Source of the DNA: a virus
Taxonomy: Duplodnaviria; Caudoviricetes
Length of the DNA stretch: 64,000 nt
Strand: one strand, 5' to 3'
Virus record (IMG/VR): IMGVR_UViG_3300021400_000012
Span: 32,001-96,000 of that record
Shown here: positions 1-11,937 of the stretch, one piece after another
Numbering within the stretch: the stretch's first letter is position 1
Layout: the number at the start of each line of letters is the position of its first letter
Notes under the pieces: generated by a model
Database searches by the model: none
What the model was told of the DNA's origin: nothing
Seen by the model: only the letters and a program-made list of their open reading frames with translations
Program-made: the position numbers and the translations under genes

Positions 1-1
1 A

Positions 2-1666
2 GCAACAGATGGTTATTTTAGCGGTGAATTAAGAGGTGCTTCTGGCACTTTTGAAGGGTCTATTTAGGCCAATAGTGGTGAAATTGGCGGCTGGGTTATT
101 AAAGAAAATGGATTATATTCAACCGCAACAGATGAAAATGAATCATCATTATTAGAACTACTTGGTGCTGAAGGCATTATTAATGCTTAGACCATTAATC
201 TTGGTACTGGCGCGCATATTAATAATTATATATAGCTTGGAAATAATGCTATTTTATATAATCCTGACAACGCTAATGGAAGAGTTTTAAGTTCTGGTGA
301 TATTTTATTATTGAATAATGGACAACTTTAGTTAGGTGATCTTTTATTAGACGGCGCGCAATCAACGATAAATGGTAATAATTGGTCAATTGACCCCGAA
401 TTTGCTAGGTTTAAAAATGTTGACATATCAGGAAAAATTTCTTCTGCTGTTTTTGAAACGACTTCCGTTTCTGCCGTCGGTGGAATTATGCTTTTTAAAA
501 CTTCTTATAAAGTAGAAAGTTTTAATAATACAACTATAATTTTAGACACTAAATATAATGGAATTGTTGGTGATAAGGTTTATTTAACTAATGCAAATGG
601 AAAATTATCTTCGTTATTATCGATTACAGCTATTAACGAAAAGCAAGTGACTTTAAATAGTCAACCTTTTTCTAATGAAACAAATGTTTAGCTTACTAGT
701 TTAATTCAAATTGGAAAGGAAATAGATGGATAGCCTCCAATTGTAATTGGTGTCAACTCTACTGATACGGATACAGGTTTTTTAAAACACCAGGGTATTA
801 CTGTTGCAGAAGTTTATGATAATGGCACTAGTACCATTAAAACTTTCTTAGGAAACCTTGCGGCTTTAAATATTAATAATGTAAATGGCTATGGTTTATA
901 TGGATCAAACGTTTACTTAACTGGATCATTAACCACTTAGGTACAAAGTACCAATAATCCATCTTATGCTGGTATTAATACATTAAATGGAGCTTCAGCA
1001 GTTAAATTCGGAAGCGAAGATAATTCAAAAATTGTATTTTGGGCTGGCTCTGAGGGTATTAATAATGACTAGATTGCGGCGGCGCCATTCTAGGTCACTG
1101 AATAGGGCTCATCGTATGCATCACGAGGTATATTTGAGGGATCCATTATTTCGCGGTCTATAATTGAAGGTTCTGTTATTAGAACGGCTCGTATTGAAGG
1201 CACTGGCGCCAACCCCGCTTTAAAAATATTAGATGCTTTAAATGGCATTGGATTTTATACTATAGAATCCAACGAAGATAAGGAAATATTTACAATTGGC
1301 ACAGAAGGTTTTCGTGCTGGAGAGAATCATTTTATTACTATTTCTTCAAATGGCCAAGTTAATTTTAATGGCAATAATATAGCAATTAACAGTTTATAGA
1401 CTAAAAATACTAGTGGAATTTCACTAAATATTTCTTAGAACATAATTCAAAGTGAATATGGTAATAATAATATGCCGAGTATAACTTTTTCATCAGAAGG
1501 TATTGATTGGAAAATTCAAAGTAATATAAATAGATTTTCTGTTACAGAAAACTTAACAACATTAAATACAGATGTTGTTACTATGAAAAAAGATGTTGTG
1601 TATGGTTAGAACATAATGAAATATGAGGCGGTTGAAAATGGATATAATTTGTATGTTTTAGAATAA
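2..1666 (+). CDS. C-terminal part of a large tail protein (5' truncated by the window; TAG=Gln)
   Basis: Frame 2 stays open to TAA 1664-1666 if TAG is read through. Gly/Ser-rich tail-type repeats (GYFSGELRGASGTFEGSI-Q-ANSGEIGGW). Confidence 0.75.
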
Positions 1667-1696
1667 TTTTCAATCGTTCTATGGGAGGTTTAGATA

Positions 1697-4600
1697 ATGG
1701 CGCAAGTACTTAAGGGTTCAGTTTCCACGCCCGCGATATCATTCGCGCATAGTGATGGATCTGGTACTAGTAATAACTATTTAAGATTAGATTGGACTGC
1801 GAAATAGAGTGGAAATAAAAGTACTATTACATGGACTTTATATTATGGTGGTAATCTTCTGTCTGGGTCTAATGGCCCTCAACGGACTCGTATTTCTCAA
1901 TGTTTGCTAAGCATTAGGTCCGTTAGTGGTGGTGGAACCATAAGCAAGACTTATTCAACTTCTTCTCCTTTAGCCATATTACCATATGATACTACTCGCG
2001 CCTTTACTTGGGCTACATTAAATACAACCACATCTTATACTGGTTCTTTTACAGTTACGCATAATAATGGTGTTGGTAAATTTACTTTATAGTTACATGC
2101 TAATATTTATGATCATGGAACTGCTGGATGGGGTGGTGGTAATGCAACAAGTTCTTCAGTTACTTTTGAATTACCGACAACAACAACAGCTTGTACGGCA
2201 CCTACCAGCGTCACTTTAACTGATGCTATCATTTTACCGAGTGGATCTTTTTCTGTTGCGTGGTCTGGCGCGAAGGCGGGAACTAATAATACTATTAGTG
2301 GTTATAGAATTTATTATACAGTAACTTCAGGCGGTACTGCTCCTACAACTTCATCAACTTACGTGGCTGTAGATTCGACTGCAACCTCAGGTAATGCTAC
2401 AATAACCTTATCAAATGCATCACGTGGATATATCGTAAAATGTGCAGTGCAAACAATAGGCAGTGCTGGCAGCTCATATTGGTCAGGACTTAAGCAAGCT
2501 AGTGGAACTGTTACGATTAATCAATTACCAGCTCCGCCAACTTTAGATTAGGCGGACTAGACAATTTTATCAACTTCTAGTGGGGTGTCTGTAACCGCTA
2601 CGGCGGGAATAGACCCAGATGGACAAACTGTAGAGGTGTGGTATAAAACAAGTTCAACCGGTACTTTAGCAAAATATACAACCAATCCTAGTATAATTAA
2701 TCCTTCTGCTGGTGATAGTGCGACTTGGTATTTTTATACTAAAGATAGTCTTGACGAATATAGTTAGCCGGCTGAAATTACAATTATTAAAAATCTAAAA
2801 CCAGTATTGACAGCGGGAACTTATACTACAGATACTTATAAAATTTAGAATTCAACTGGTGCAAGTGGTAACTATAATAAGGGATATGCTTATGGTATTA
2901 CACCAACCCTTACATGTAATAAAACATGTACATTACAAATTACTCGTTAGTATTATGTTGGTAATACAACTAGTTCAATTTCAAATTGGAATAGTGGTGA
3001 TCCGCTTGAATTTGAAGTTAATGAAGCTGGATCTGTTACTTTAAATAAATATATTCTTTATGATTAGATAGAAAGTCTTAATAGTTAGACCACAGCATTT
3101 AATTGGCGCTTAAAAATTGAAGTAATTAGAGATTTGGAAACATCGAATATTATTTATTTTCCAAGCGCGACCACCTATTATATGATTGCACCTTTTATGC
3201 AAACAACTAATATATATAATCAATTTAGTGATTTAAATGTGGCGGGCAGTAATAGCAATTAGGTATATCGACAATTGAGAGTAAAATTTCCTACTGACAC
3301 AAGCATTGATTCTACAACTTATACTGTTAGTGCTGGTAATTCTATTACTGGTATTAGTCATGCCACTTCTGTTGCCAATGATTATACTAGAATTGATATT
3401 ACTTTGCCCGAAGACATCGCTAGCGCGACTTAGATTGTTTGTACAATATCAGCTTAGACCATAGCTAGTGCCGATATTGTTAGAACAAAAACCCTATCTT
3501 CTGTTTAGGAGACTTAGGTACCCTCTCTTTCAAGTAGTCCGATATATCCAGAGTTAATTAAACCTTTTTCTACTTCTGGTATTACTGCAATTAGTATTGC
3601 AGATCCATTTGATGGAAATTCTTATTCAACTTATAACATTTTAAATTTAAATAGTATTAAATTAATAATTGCTCCAACTCAGGATAGTAGTGATAGTTAC
3701 GAAATTGCTTCAACAGTCAGCGGCGCGCAATGGACAAAAAGTAATGATGTGTTTGTTAAAAATTTTAACAATACTGATTTTTATGATTTTTCCAATCCCT
3801 GGTCTTTATCCTATGATGGAGTAAAAACATATTTTGCACGGATACAGATCACAAATGTTTTTGGTCAAATATTTTATTCTCCGTGGACAGAAGCGAGAAA
3901 ATTTGATTTTGTTGAAAATTTAAACTCTGTTACAATGGGCTAGTTTTTCTGGGCTACCAGCTCCACAGGGACTTTTAATAATTTAGATAGTGGTAATTTA
4001 GGGCGTTTATGGGAAGGAATGTATTTACGCATCCAACCCACAATTAATTATTGGACAAAAGGAACAATTACTGTTAATTTGTTCAACAATAATAACGTAC
4101 TAATCGAAACAAAAACTATTAATGCTCCTGGTGCTACAAATCGTACAGCGGTTGATACTTCTACTTCTTTTATAGTGGGGCCACTTGGCACCTTTGCCTC
4201 TACTACCGGGCAATCCTATACAGTTTCAGCTTAGTTGAATAATACGACTACTGCTACTACTTCATCAGTTACTCACAATGTAGGTCGATTAACTACCGCG
4301 GATTATAGTTTAGTATCGGCTTCGGTTTCTAAACCAGATAGCTCTTCGCATTATTATATTGATTATAATATTGCTGGATCTGATTCAGGCATTGATAGCG
4401 CTTTAAATAGTACTTATACTGTTGGACGGTATTTGGAAATTGGAGCGACTAGTAGCATTAATATTGGAGTTGCTTCGTCAACTGGACGAGTGGATACACA
4501 ATTAACTGCATGGGATGTATAGCAAGTTGATATTTTAACCTCTGTGGCAGTTAATACAAAACCGAATTCTAATGTAAATGTATCTTATACTCTTACTAAA

Positions 4601-4807
4601 CTTTCTCGTTCACCAGCAGTTACAGTATATAGTTTAGCACCAACTCTTGCCTATAGACAAAATCAAATTGGTATTAACACAAGTGTTAGCAGCGCTGATA
4701 ATGATGCTGCAGTCGTTGTCCAGGCCGCGTCTAATCATAATTTAATTAAACTGAAAGGCGCTTCAAATATTATTTATATTGATTTGGAAAATGGAAGAAT
4801 TTATTAA
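1697..4807 (+). CDS. ~1036-aa Ser/Thr-rich minor tail / virion protein with beta-sandwich-like segments (TAG=Gln)
   Basis: GGAGG RBS then ATG 1697. Track ORFs 1904, 2363, 2585, 3749, 4019, 4235 and 4544 share one frame and are separated by TAG. Ends in TAA. Confidence 0.8.
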
Positions 4808-4808
4808 T

Positions 4809-4837
4809 TTGACTTTTGAAAAATTTTTTGATATAAT
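4809..4837 (+). promoter_or_regulatory. sigmaA/sigma70-type promoter
   Basis: TTGACT-17 bp-TATAAT with extended -10 TG. Confidence 0.8.
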
Positions 4838-4870
4838 ATAAATAGTAAGATAAAGGAGACTAAAATTAAA

Positions 4871-5254
4871 ATGAAAATAAAAATGTCAAATGCACTTGAT
4901 ATTTTAGCGGTATATAGAAAAATTAAAGATCAAGTAATGCCAATTTCTATTACCTATAAGCTTGCAAGACTATTTAATAGCTTTCAAGAAGCATCTGAGT
5001 TTTATTCGGCTGAATTAAGTAAAATAATTGATCGCTATAGCGAAAAAGATGCGGGAGGACACCCAATTCCGCTTGATTACGGCTCTGGCGTAAAAATTCA
5101 GCAAGAATATTTAGTAGAAGCGCAAGAAAAACTGAATGAACTTCTTCGGTTGGAGGTAGACGTTCCCGACATCACGTTTACTCTTCAAGAGTTAGAGCCA
5201 GTTCAACTTTCACTTGATGAATTTAATCAATTATTACCATTTATCCAAGACTAA
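4871..5254 (+). CDS. hypothetical phage protein (127 aa, no TAG)
   Basis: AAGGAG RBS, intact ORF, own promoter. Confidence 0.8.
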   Translation: MKIKMSNALDILAVYRKIKDQVMPISITYKLARLFNSFQEASEFYSAELSKIIDRYSEKDAGGHPIPLDYGSGVKIQQEYLVEAQEKLNELLRLEVDVPDITFTLQELEPVQLSLDEFNQLLPFIQD

Positions 5255-5255
5255 C

Positions 5256-5288
5256 AAAAAAGACGGAGTTTAAAGCTCCGTCTTTTTT
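5256..5288. terminator. bidirectional intrinsic terminator
   Basis: AAAAAAGACGGAG-loop-CTCCGTCTTTTTT between convergent genes. Confidence 0.85.
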
Positions 5289-6007
5289 TATTCCCAACTT
5301 ACAATTTCCGTTTTCTTTTGATGACGTTCTGCAACATATTTGCCAATTCCAATTGCATCCGCGCAGTCGTCACTTACGCTTATATCAAACCATTTTTTTA
5401 CGAGATTTTGCATCGACTTTTTCTTGTCGCTTCTTGTTTGTCCTTTTACTCCACAGTAGGCGCGCCAGGTATTTGTTGGACAAATTTCATATGGCAATTT
5501 TAAGCTTACACATTCTTCAATCAAAACTCCCTATAACCGCGCGAGAGCCTAGAATGTTGTGACACCAAAAGACTATTGATACTAAATACCCTCAATACCA
5601 ATTACATCAGGCTAGTAGCTATCTACCATAGATAAAAACCATTCTTTTACTTCGTGGATACGAGTATCCTCTTCAGCTGTTTTTGTCTCAAAAGTGCCAT
5701 AAGTAATTAATTTTGCATCATCATAAATTGAATAACCACAAACATGGCTGGCTTGATCGAGTGCTAATATTCTATTAGCACTTTTATTTTTTTCAATTAT
5801 AAGTGGTTTTACATCTTTAAATTTATTGGCTTTACAAATAGGGCATTCGCGCCGTGTACGCAATTTGCCCCAGCTAGTATAAACTGAGTGACCTTCGGGA
5901 CATTTAAATTCTAACTACTCATTTAAATTTTGATAGGTAGTAGATATAATTTTCCAATGGTCTACTTCTAATTCTTGTGCTATCTATTCTATTGTAATTT
6001 TAGCCAT
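5288..6007 (-). CDS. ruvC: RuvC-like Holliday junction resolvase with N-terminal Zn-ribbon (239 aa, 7 TAG)
   Basis: Joins track ORFs 5612-5863 and 5288-5524. Motifs ILALDQAS, IGIEG, LARL-Q-GV and DDCADAIGIG. N-terminal CPEGH...CPIC. Confidence 0.8.
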
Positions 6008-6924
6008 TACTTTAATCCAGTACTCCCAAATCCGCCTCCACGGTCCAAATCATCAATTTTTGCGATTGAATCAACGCGATAAAAAACTGCTTTTGGCACT
6101 TCTGATAAAACTAGCTGGCAGAATTTTTCGCCTTTTCCAATAGTATAAGACTAACCAAACTCAATATCGGAAAAATGAATTACTGGATCATTTTCAGCAG
6201 TATCCCAATTGTGAATATCAATTTTTCTAATTGGCGGATCAACATTTTCGATAATGATCTTGATCTCATCGCGGTATCCACTATCAATTGTGCCCGGTGT
6301 ATTGGCCACGCGCAGTTTTGTTTTGAGAGCGCGACCGCTCTTAGGACGAACCTGAAGTTCATATCCCGGCGGCAGAGCAACTTTGATGCCCGTTGGCACT
6401 AAAACGGTTTCACCAGGCTTTACAGTAATATCATCTAATGCATAGACATCGACTCCACTATCACTTATGTGCGCGTACTGTGGAATTTTTGCGTTTTCAT
6501 GGCATAACTCTAAAGGAATTGAAATATAACGTTTTGCAATTCCTTCTGTTTCAGAAACGGCATTAACAATGGTCGCAACAAGCTGTTTTAAAAAATCTTT
6601 TTTTGCAACAGGTAATTCTAATTTTTCAAATCCAGTTAAAACCTCATTTATATCATTAACAATATCATCGCTTGTATAGCCCAAAGAATTAAGAGCTTGA
6701 ACAAGCATTAACTTGTCATTTGGATTATTAACTGATTGTTTGAATGATTCTAAAACACCTGGCGCCAGAATATCAAATTGTTCATCTGGTGCTTCAAGTA
6801 AAACTAAAAGGCTTTGAGATAAATCTGCATTTTGGTCATCACCTAACTCATGAAGTGATTCATTAAGTGTAGAAGTTACATTTTTTATATCTTCTTGTGT
6901 TACTTTTCTTTCTTCGTTAGCCAT
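6007..6924 (-). CDS. dut: trimeric dUTPase with ~130-aa N-terminal extension (305 aa, 2 TAG)
   Basis: Motifs SGVDV, RPKSG and GTIDSGYRDE. Motif IV (GEKFC-Q-L) and motif V (RGGGFGSTG) lie only beyond the TAG at 6151. Confidence 0.9.
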
Positions 6925-7136
6925 TATTCCTCCCAGAGAGCGCCAAACACTTGCGTTACGCTAACAACCCACTTTTCTCCGATTATTTCTCCCTTTGCCT
7001 TTTTTACTTTATATTCATAACCAGCCTTTTTTACAACATATCCTTTTTCTTCCGCTTGCTCACGAAAAGCTTCGATCATATCTTTTGCCTTGACTTCACT
7101 ATCGACAGCATATTTTTGCGTTGTTTCTAGTAACAT
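6924..7136 (-). CDS. hypothetical protein (70 aa)
   Basis: AGGAG RBS, coupled to dut. Confidence 0.7.
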   Translation of the reverse strand: MLLETTQKYAVDSEVKAKDMIEAFREQAEEKGYVVKKAGYEYKVKKAKGEIIGEKWVVSVTQVFGALWEE

Positions 7137-7158
7137 TATTTACTCCTTTTTCTCCATT

Positions 7159-7809
7159 TTAAATTTCCATAATATCTTTTATATATGGTAAATTTTTAAG
7201 TGTTTCTACAAACTGATTCCATTCATCTAATTTGTGACCAGTTCGTTGATTGATGATGGTAACTACGTTTTCATAATTCATAGTTACAGTTCTTTTCTGA
7301 TTATAGGATGATGGAAGTAATTGAATCATCTACCACCAGTCAGGCTTACATTTACAAGCCAAGTATTTTTCCCTATAATCATTTAGGCAATCAATGATTG
7401 AATTAAATACTTCTAATGCAGGCTTATTTAAATGCTCATGACTAAAGTCATCAATCATAAATTCTTTTGAAGCAATCTTATGCATTGTAGAGCATGAATT
7501 TGCAACTGTACCGACCTTATAAGTATCAAATTCTTTCCACCAATATAATGGTGCAGTAATGTCCATAGACACACAAATTTGTCTTAAATATTTACGATGC
7601 TCTGTTCCTGCTTTATATAATTTTTTCATAAGATTTAAATCGCTGGGACCAAGATTGAAAGAATATTCTTCTTTTATCGAACCATCATTATATTCAACTT
7701 TTTCTTTAAAAATACCACTGTCACTTTTATCCCAGCTATTTAAAGGATTTCTCATTCCCCTAATAGCATGTGCTAATCCCCATGAATCAATATTCTCTAC
7801 TTTAATCAT
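7159..7809 (-). CDS. ThyX-like (flavin-dependent thymidylate synthase family) protein (216 aa, 1 TAG)
   Basis: HRKYLRQI, APLYWWKEFDTY and NSCSTMHK. Continues WW-Q-MIQLLPSSYNQKRT past the TAG to TAA 7159. Confidence 0.7.
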
Positions 7810-7831
7810 TTTTCCTCTAATTATTTTAAAG

Positions 7832-8023
7832 TCAACTTTTTATTTTGTAGTAAAGGCCGCAATGACAATATTCTCCACTTTTTATGTTTTCTCTAAAATC
7901 CTTACATATACAACGAGTATCATCATTTTTTTCGAGCGCGCAAGGACAATATCCATCATTCTCAGCAATAGCTTTTAAAATTGTCATCACTTCTTCGACA
8001 TCTTCATTTACGATAAATTTCAT
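7832..8023 (-). CDS. ferredoxin:thioredoxin reductase catalytic-subunit-like protein
   Basis: GYCPC...CIC...CHCGLY cysteine pattern. Confidence 0.75.
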   Translation of the reverse strand: MKFIVNEDVEEVMTILKAIAENDGYCPCALEKNDDTRCICKDFRENIKSGEYCHCGLYYKIKS

Positions 8024-8505
8024 TCATAATACCTCGCGTATTGATTATCACTTGCAAGATTTACTCCTAGAACTTCATCGTAATGTGACTGCTGGCCGGG
8101 TTTAAATCTACCATATTTAATGTAAATATTTCCTTGCCAGACAATATGACTAAATCCGAGCATATTTTCTACTTCTTGTTCAGTATATCCAGTATAGATT
8201 ATAATTGGATCATTTGAAACGTGGCGAAAAGCTAAAATCAATTCATAAAGTTCATGAATTGAATCAAATGGTTCTAATCCACCGCAAATTAATGCTGTTG
8301 TAATTGGATTTTGTAAATATCGTTCAATAATTTTATTGATGGGTACTTCAACTGGATTTTCATTTGCTAGTGCTGAATTTTGGCAAACTGGGTGGCCGCA
8401 TTCTTGATCGCATTTAAAGCTGCAATTTGGGAATACGACCATCATCCCAATTTCTTTAAAGTCACCAAAACATTCGTCTTTAATTCCTTTAATTAACATT
8501 AACAT
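8020..8505 (-). CDS. nrdG: anaerobic RNR activase (radical SAM)
   Basis: CSFKC...C cluster, GGLEP, IYTGY and SDNQ. Adjacent to nrdD. Confidence 0.85.
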   Translation of the reverse strand: MLMLIKGIKDECFGDFKEIGMMVVFPNCSFKCDQECGHPVCQNSALANENPVEVPINKIIERYLQNPITTALICGGLEPFDSIHELYELILAFRHVSNDPIIIYTGYTEQEVENMLGFSHIVWQGNIYIKYGRFKPGQQSHYDEVLGVNLASDNQYARYYE

Positions 8506-10411
8506 CCTCCCACTCTCTTAGCTTATATTCTGCTTTACGCTCTTTAGACCAAGATTGAATAGGAGTATAAAATCCTACTACACGAGTATACTCGGTAGCC
8601 ACTGGTTCACCGCATAACGGACAAACTTTTCCATAAAATGCGTGATTATGCTTACAAGCTTGAATCTTTGTATTAAATGCAAAATATGTTAAACCTTGAT
8701 CTGCAATATATTCGGTCATCTTCCATGCTTTTTCAAAACTATCAAATGGGGCTTCAATATTAATATGGGCAATTGAGCCACCATTACAATAAGAGTCAAA
8801 TAAAGATGCAATGCGAATACGTTCATTTAAAGTTGTTTTAATTCCAAGCGGAATAAATTGATTGCCATATAATGGAAGATCGTCTACGACTTCATCACCG
8901 AATAAAAGTTCATCCGCTTTTTGGAACTTCGCCGCGCATGATTCGCCTGGGATTTGTTCAAGATTGATTTTATAATTCTTGTCCAAAGCGAATTGATCTT
9001 TTGTACGATGAATTACTTCAAAAATCTTTTTACCAAATGCATCTGCTTCAGCTGTATAATAAGTATTACCAAATTCGTCCATTCTTGTATAGCCAAACTT
9101 CTTCATAGTTTCGTAAACGCCAATAATACCAATAGTATTATATAAATGGTCAAAATCTACAAGGCCTTTAGAGAAATTTGGAAGTAAACCTTTTTCAACA
9201 TTACGAGTTATGATATGGCGGACAACATCCAATACCTTACAATCCAGTTCAACCATGTCGCGCAATGCAACCAAATATTCTTGTTCATTTCTATGTTCTA
9301 ATGCAATTCGTGCCAAGTTCACCGTGGAAACTTTCACCGAACCAACCTTTAAAGCCGTACCACCAATAGAGTTGAAATACCCAAGATCATCAATATTAGA
9401 TTTTAAACGGCAGCAATTTGATAATGAAGTAACAGAATCATCAATAAAGAGATTACTATCATTCCATTCCATATTATGCTTAATGCCCCAGCGTGCAAAT
9501 TCTTCATCTACAAACTTATGGTCTTGCCGCAGTAACGAGATAGTTAAAACTGGGAAAGTGAACATATTCTTTTGACGAATTGATGCTACTACTTCCATAA
9601 AAACTTTTTGAAATTCTTTTATCTCGTCTAATTCATCCACCATAAAGGTACCGTCGGGGAATTCTGCACCTCCAAATAAAGCTTCGAGGTAGGGTCCGTC
9701 GAATACTGATACATTTGTAAAGGCGGACTGCATACCGTCGCGGACGTAGGGTTGGTTGACAGCGTATATAAAACGTTGGATTTGCTGACGGGCATAGTAA
9801 TCGTTATCTTTTGTCGTGTATCCATTTTCACAATCTTTCTTCCAGAAATAATACATATATGGGATTAAATTTGGTAATCCTACTGCGCCAGATGAACGAT
9901 TTGCCGCAAAACTAATAAATTCTTTTACAAAATCTACAAATGTTGACAGATGCTTTGGCGCTTCATAGTTAAAATTATTTAAGAAGAACAAGCCTTTTTC
10001 AGCTAAGTCTTTTAAATCATATGCAAAGCAATAATGCAAAAATGTAGCTGTGTCAGCATCGTGCATATAAAGTGCTTTATTCCATTCTGCTCGCAGCCAG
10101 TCATTTGCAATTTTAAACCCATATTTTTTATTAAGTTCATAGTAAATTTTATTATAGGCTAAAAGTTTACGATGCGGCTTAGGCATTTCATTCATGAGCG
10201 TGCGCATATCTTTTGACGAGACATTTGCATTACTGTCAATGGAAGCATCGGCGACAGTTTCGGTATCAATAAAGTTTTGGATAAAATCGGTATAAGATAA
10301 TTGTTCATCTCCCATACCGTTCAGTCTCGCAAACTCTTCGCCATATTCGCCTTGTAACTTATTGAACTAAGTTGTAAAATTTTTATTAAGCTTTACATTA
10401 ATGGACGCCAT
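8489..10411 (-). CDS. nrdD: class III anaerobic ribonucleoside-triphosphate reductase (640 aa, single TAG at codon 15)
   Basis: YMHD, SNCCRL, PGES, C-terminal Zn site and TRVVGF glycyl loop. True start at ATG 10411 with AAGGAG RBS, in frame through one TAG. Confidence 0.9.
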
Positions 10412-10613
10412 TCATCACTCCTTTTAAGAATTTATTGGCGGCCATAAAATCCATTACTTGTCCATCGACTTCAAGTACAGGCGCCATTCTAAAACCTTTT
10501 TTAATCATTTCTTCTACGTCATCGACTTCTGTGTAATTTAATCCAGCTTGTTTTAACTTCGTTTCAAGTACTTTACACTTCGGGCAATGCGTAGAGTATA
10601 ATGTTATTTCCAT
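10398..10613 (-). CDS. NrdH/glutaredoxin-like redoxin
   Basis: YSTHCPKC and APVLEVDG. Confidence 0.85.
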   Translation of the reverse strand: MEITLYSTHCPKCKVLETKLKQAGLNYTEVDDVEEMIKKGFRMAPVLEVDGQVMDFMAANKFLKGVMNGVH

Positions 10614-10805
10614 TTACTTATACTCCTTGTCACAATAAATACAGAATCCCATTTCATCATACTCATGAGGACACTGGTCTTGTAAACGACGGTTCTCATC
10701 AAGCAGCTCTTGGATTTTCTGATTTAAGACAAAGATATTGTGAGGTTGTTCAGCAATTAATTTATTGTTTTCGATAATTCGTTTACGGATTTCTAGTCCA
10801 TTCAT
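10614..10805 (-). CDS. small hypothetical protein with C-terminal CPH...CIYC
   Basis: AGGAGG RBS upstream of ATG 10805. The track's longer start overlaps the upstream gene. Confidence 0.65.
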   Translation of the reverse strand: MNGLEIRKRIIENNKLIAEQPHNIFVLNQKIQELLDENRRLQDQCPHEYDEMGFCIYCDKEYK

Positions 10806-11937
10806 TAATAAATTGTCCTCCTTCATAGACAACTGAGTCCCATTCATAAAACATTTTGAAGATTGAATAATCTCGCTCACGAAAGAACTAAAATATAGAT
10901 CGCATTTCATCGACCGTTACAGTAATTGTTCTGAATGCCCAAGTCAAATAGCGCATTGATGAATCTTTTGCACAGATTCGATAGAGCGTTTGATAACGTG
11001 GCGCGCAGTCATCAAAATAACAAAAACTTAACCAACAATTTAGCAATTTAATATATTTTTCTAATTCCGGAGTTTTGAAAAAATCATCGTCATATTTAAG
11101 TAAAATTTTTATACCGCTCTTTCGTAAAAATAAAGTTTGGACAAAAATTTTTCTTGCCCGATGTATCAAAAAATCATTCTCGTCGGTACATCCATAGGTT
11201 ACATTATAATATACTTGACGGGCCATTCGCTTATTTTGCATACACAGATTATAAAGTACTTCATCAGTCATAAGTCCTTTATATTCAAGCAAAAGCCCAT
11301 TCGGAATTGTAACAACCTTTAACCAGTTTTGTAGTTCATCAGAAGAATAAATATTGATTGGATATTTATTCCCTACTGGGTATGGGCGTATTTCATCTTT
11401 ATAAATAAATTTACGTCTACTTTGAATTTCAGAAATTACGTCATAGGCTTTAAGGGCGGCCAGGTCATAGTCATGTAAAAAGATACCAGTGATGCCCTTG
11501 TAAAAATATGACGAAAATTCTTTTGCCGGCATCAAGTTATGTCCATCTGGCGCCAGCCGCATATGCGCGCAATTTAAGATACGCTCAAATACTTTCTAAT
11601 CAGTTTGCGTGCGGCCGAAGTAAGATGAATATGGGTCATAGACGTGCATATTCGGAATTGTAGCTTCCACCGCAGGCGGCAAAGGCTTAGATTTTTCAAC
11701 CGAGAAGACTCTGCCGCCATATTCGACATTTGGAAGGAATAGTTTCTTTGGGTACTCTCCATCGTCATATTCTTTTCGCACAATAAACGAGGTATATCGT
11801 TCGGGTTCTAACTACGTTGCTAGTGCAGCGATTGTTTGGTGATTTCGATAATAAGTAAGGTACTTGGCGCAGTCAATGTTAGGAATTACGTGTTCATAAT
11901 TAAAAAAATCATAATCATGGATACCAACAACTGCCAT
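10783..11937 (-). CDS. hypothetical protein (384 aa, 3 TAG)
   Basis: ATG overlaps the dnaE stop. Joins track ORFs 11596-11781 and 10888-11562 across TAG and ends in TAA. Confidence 0.7.
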
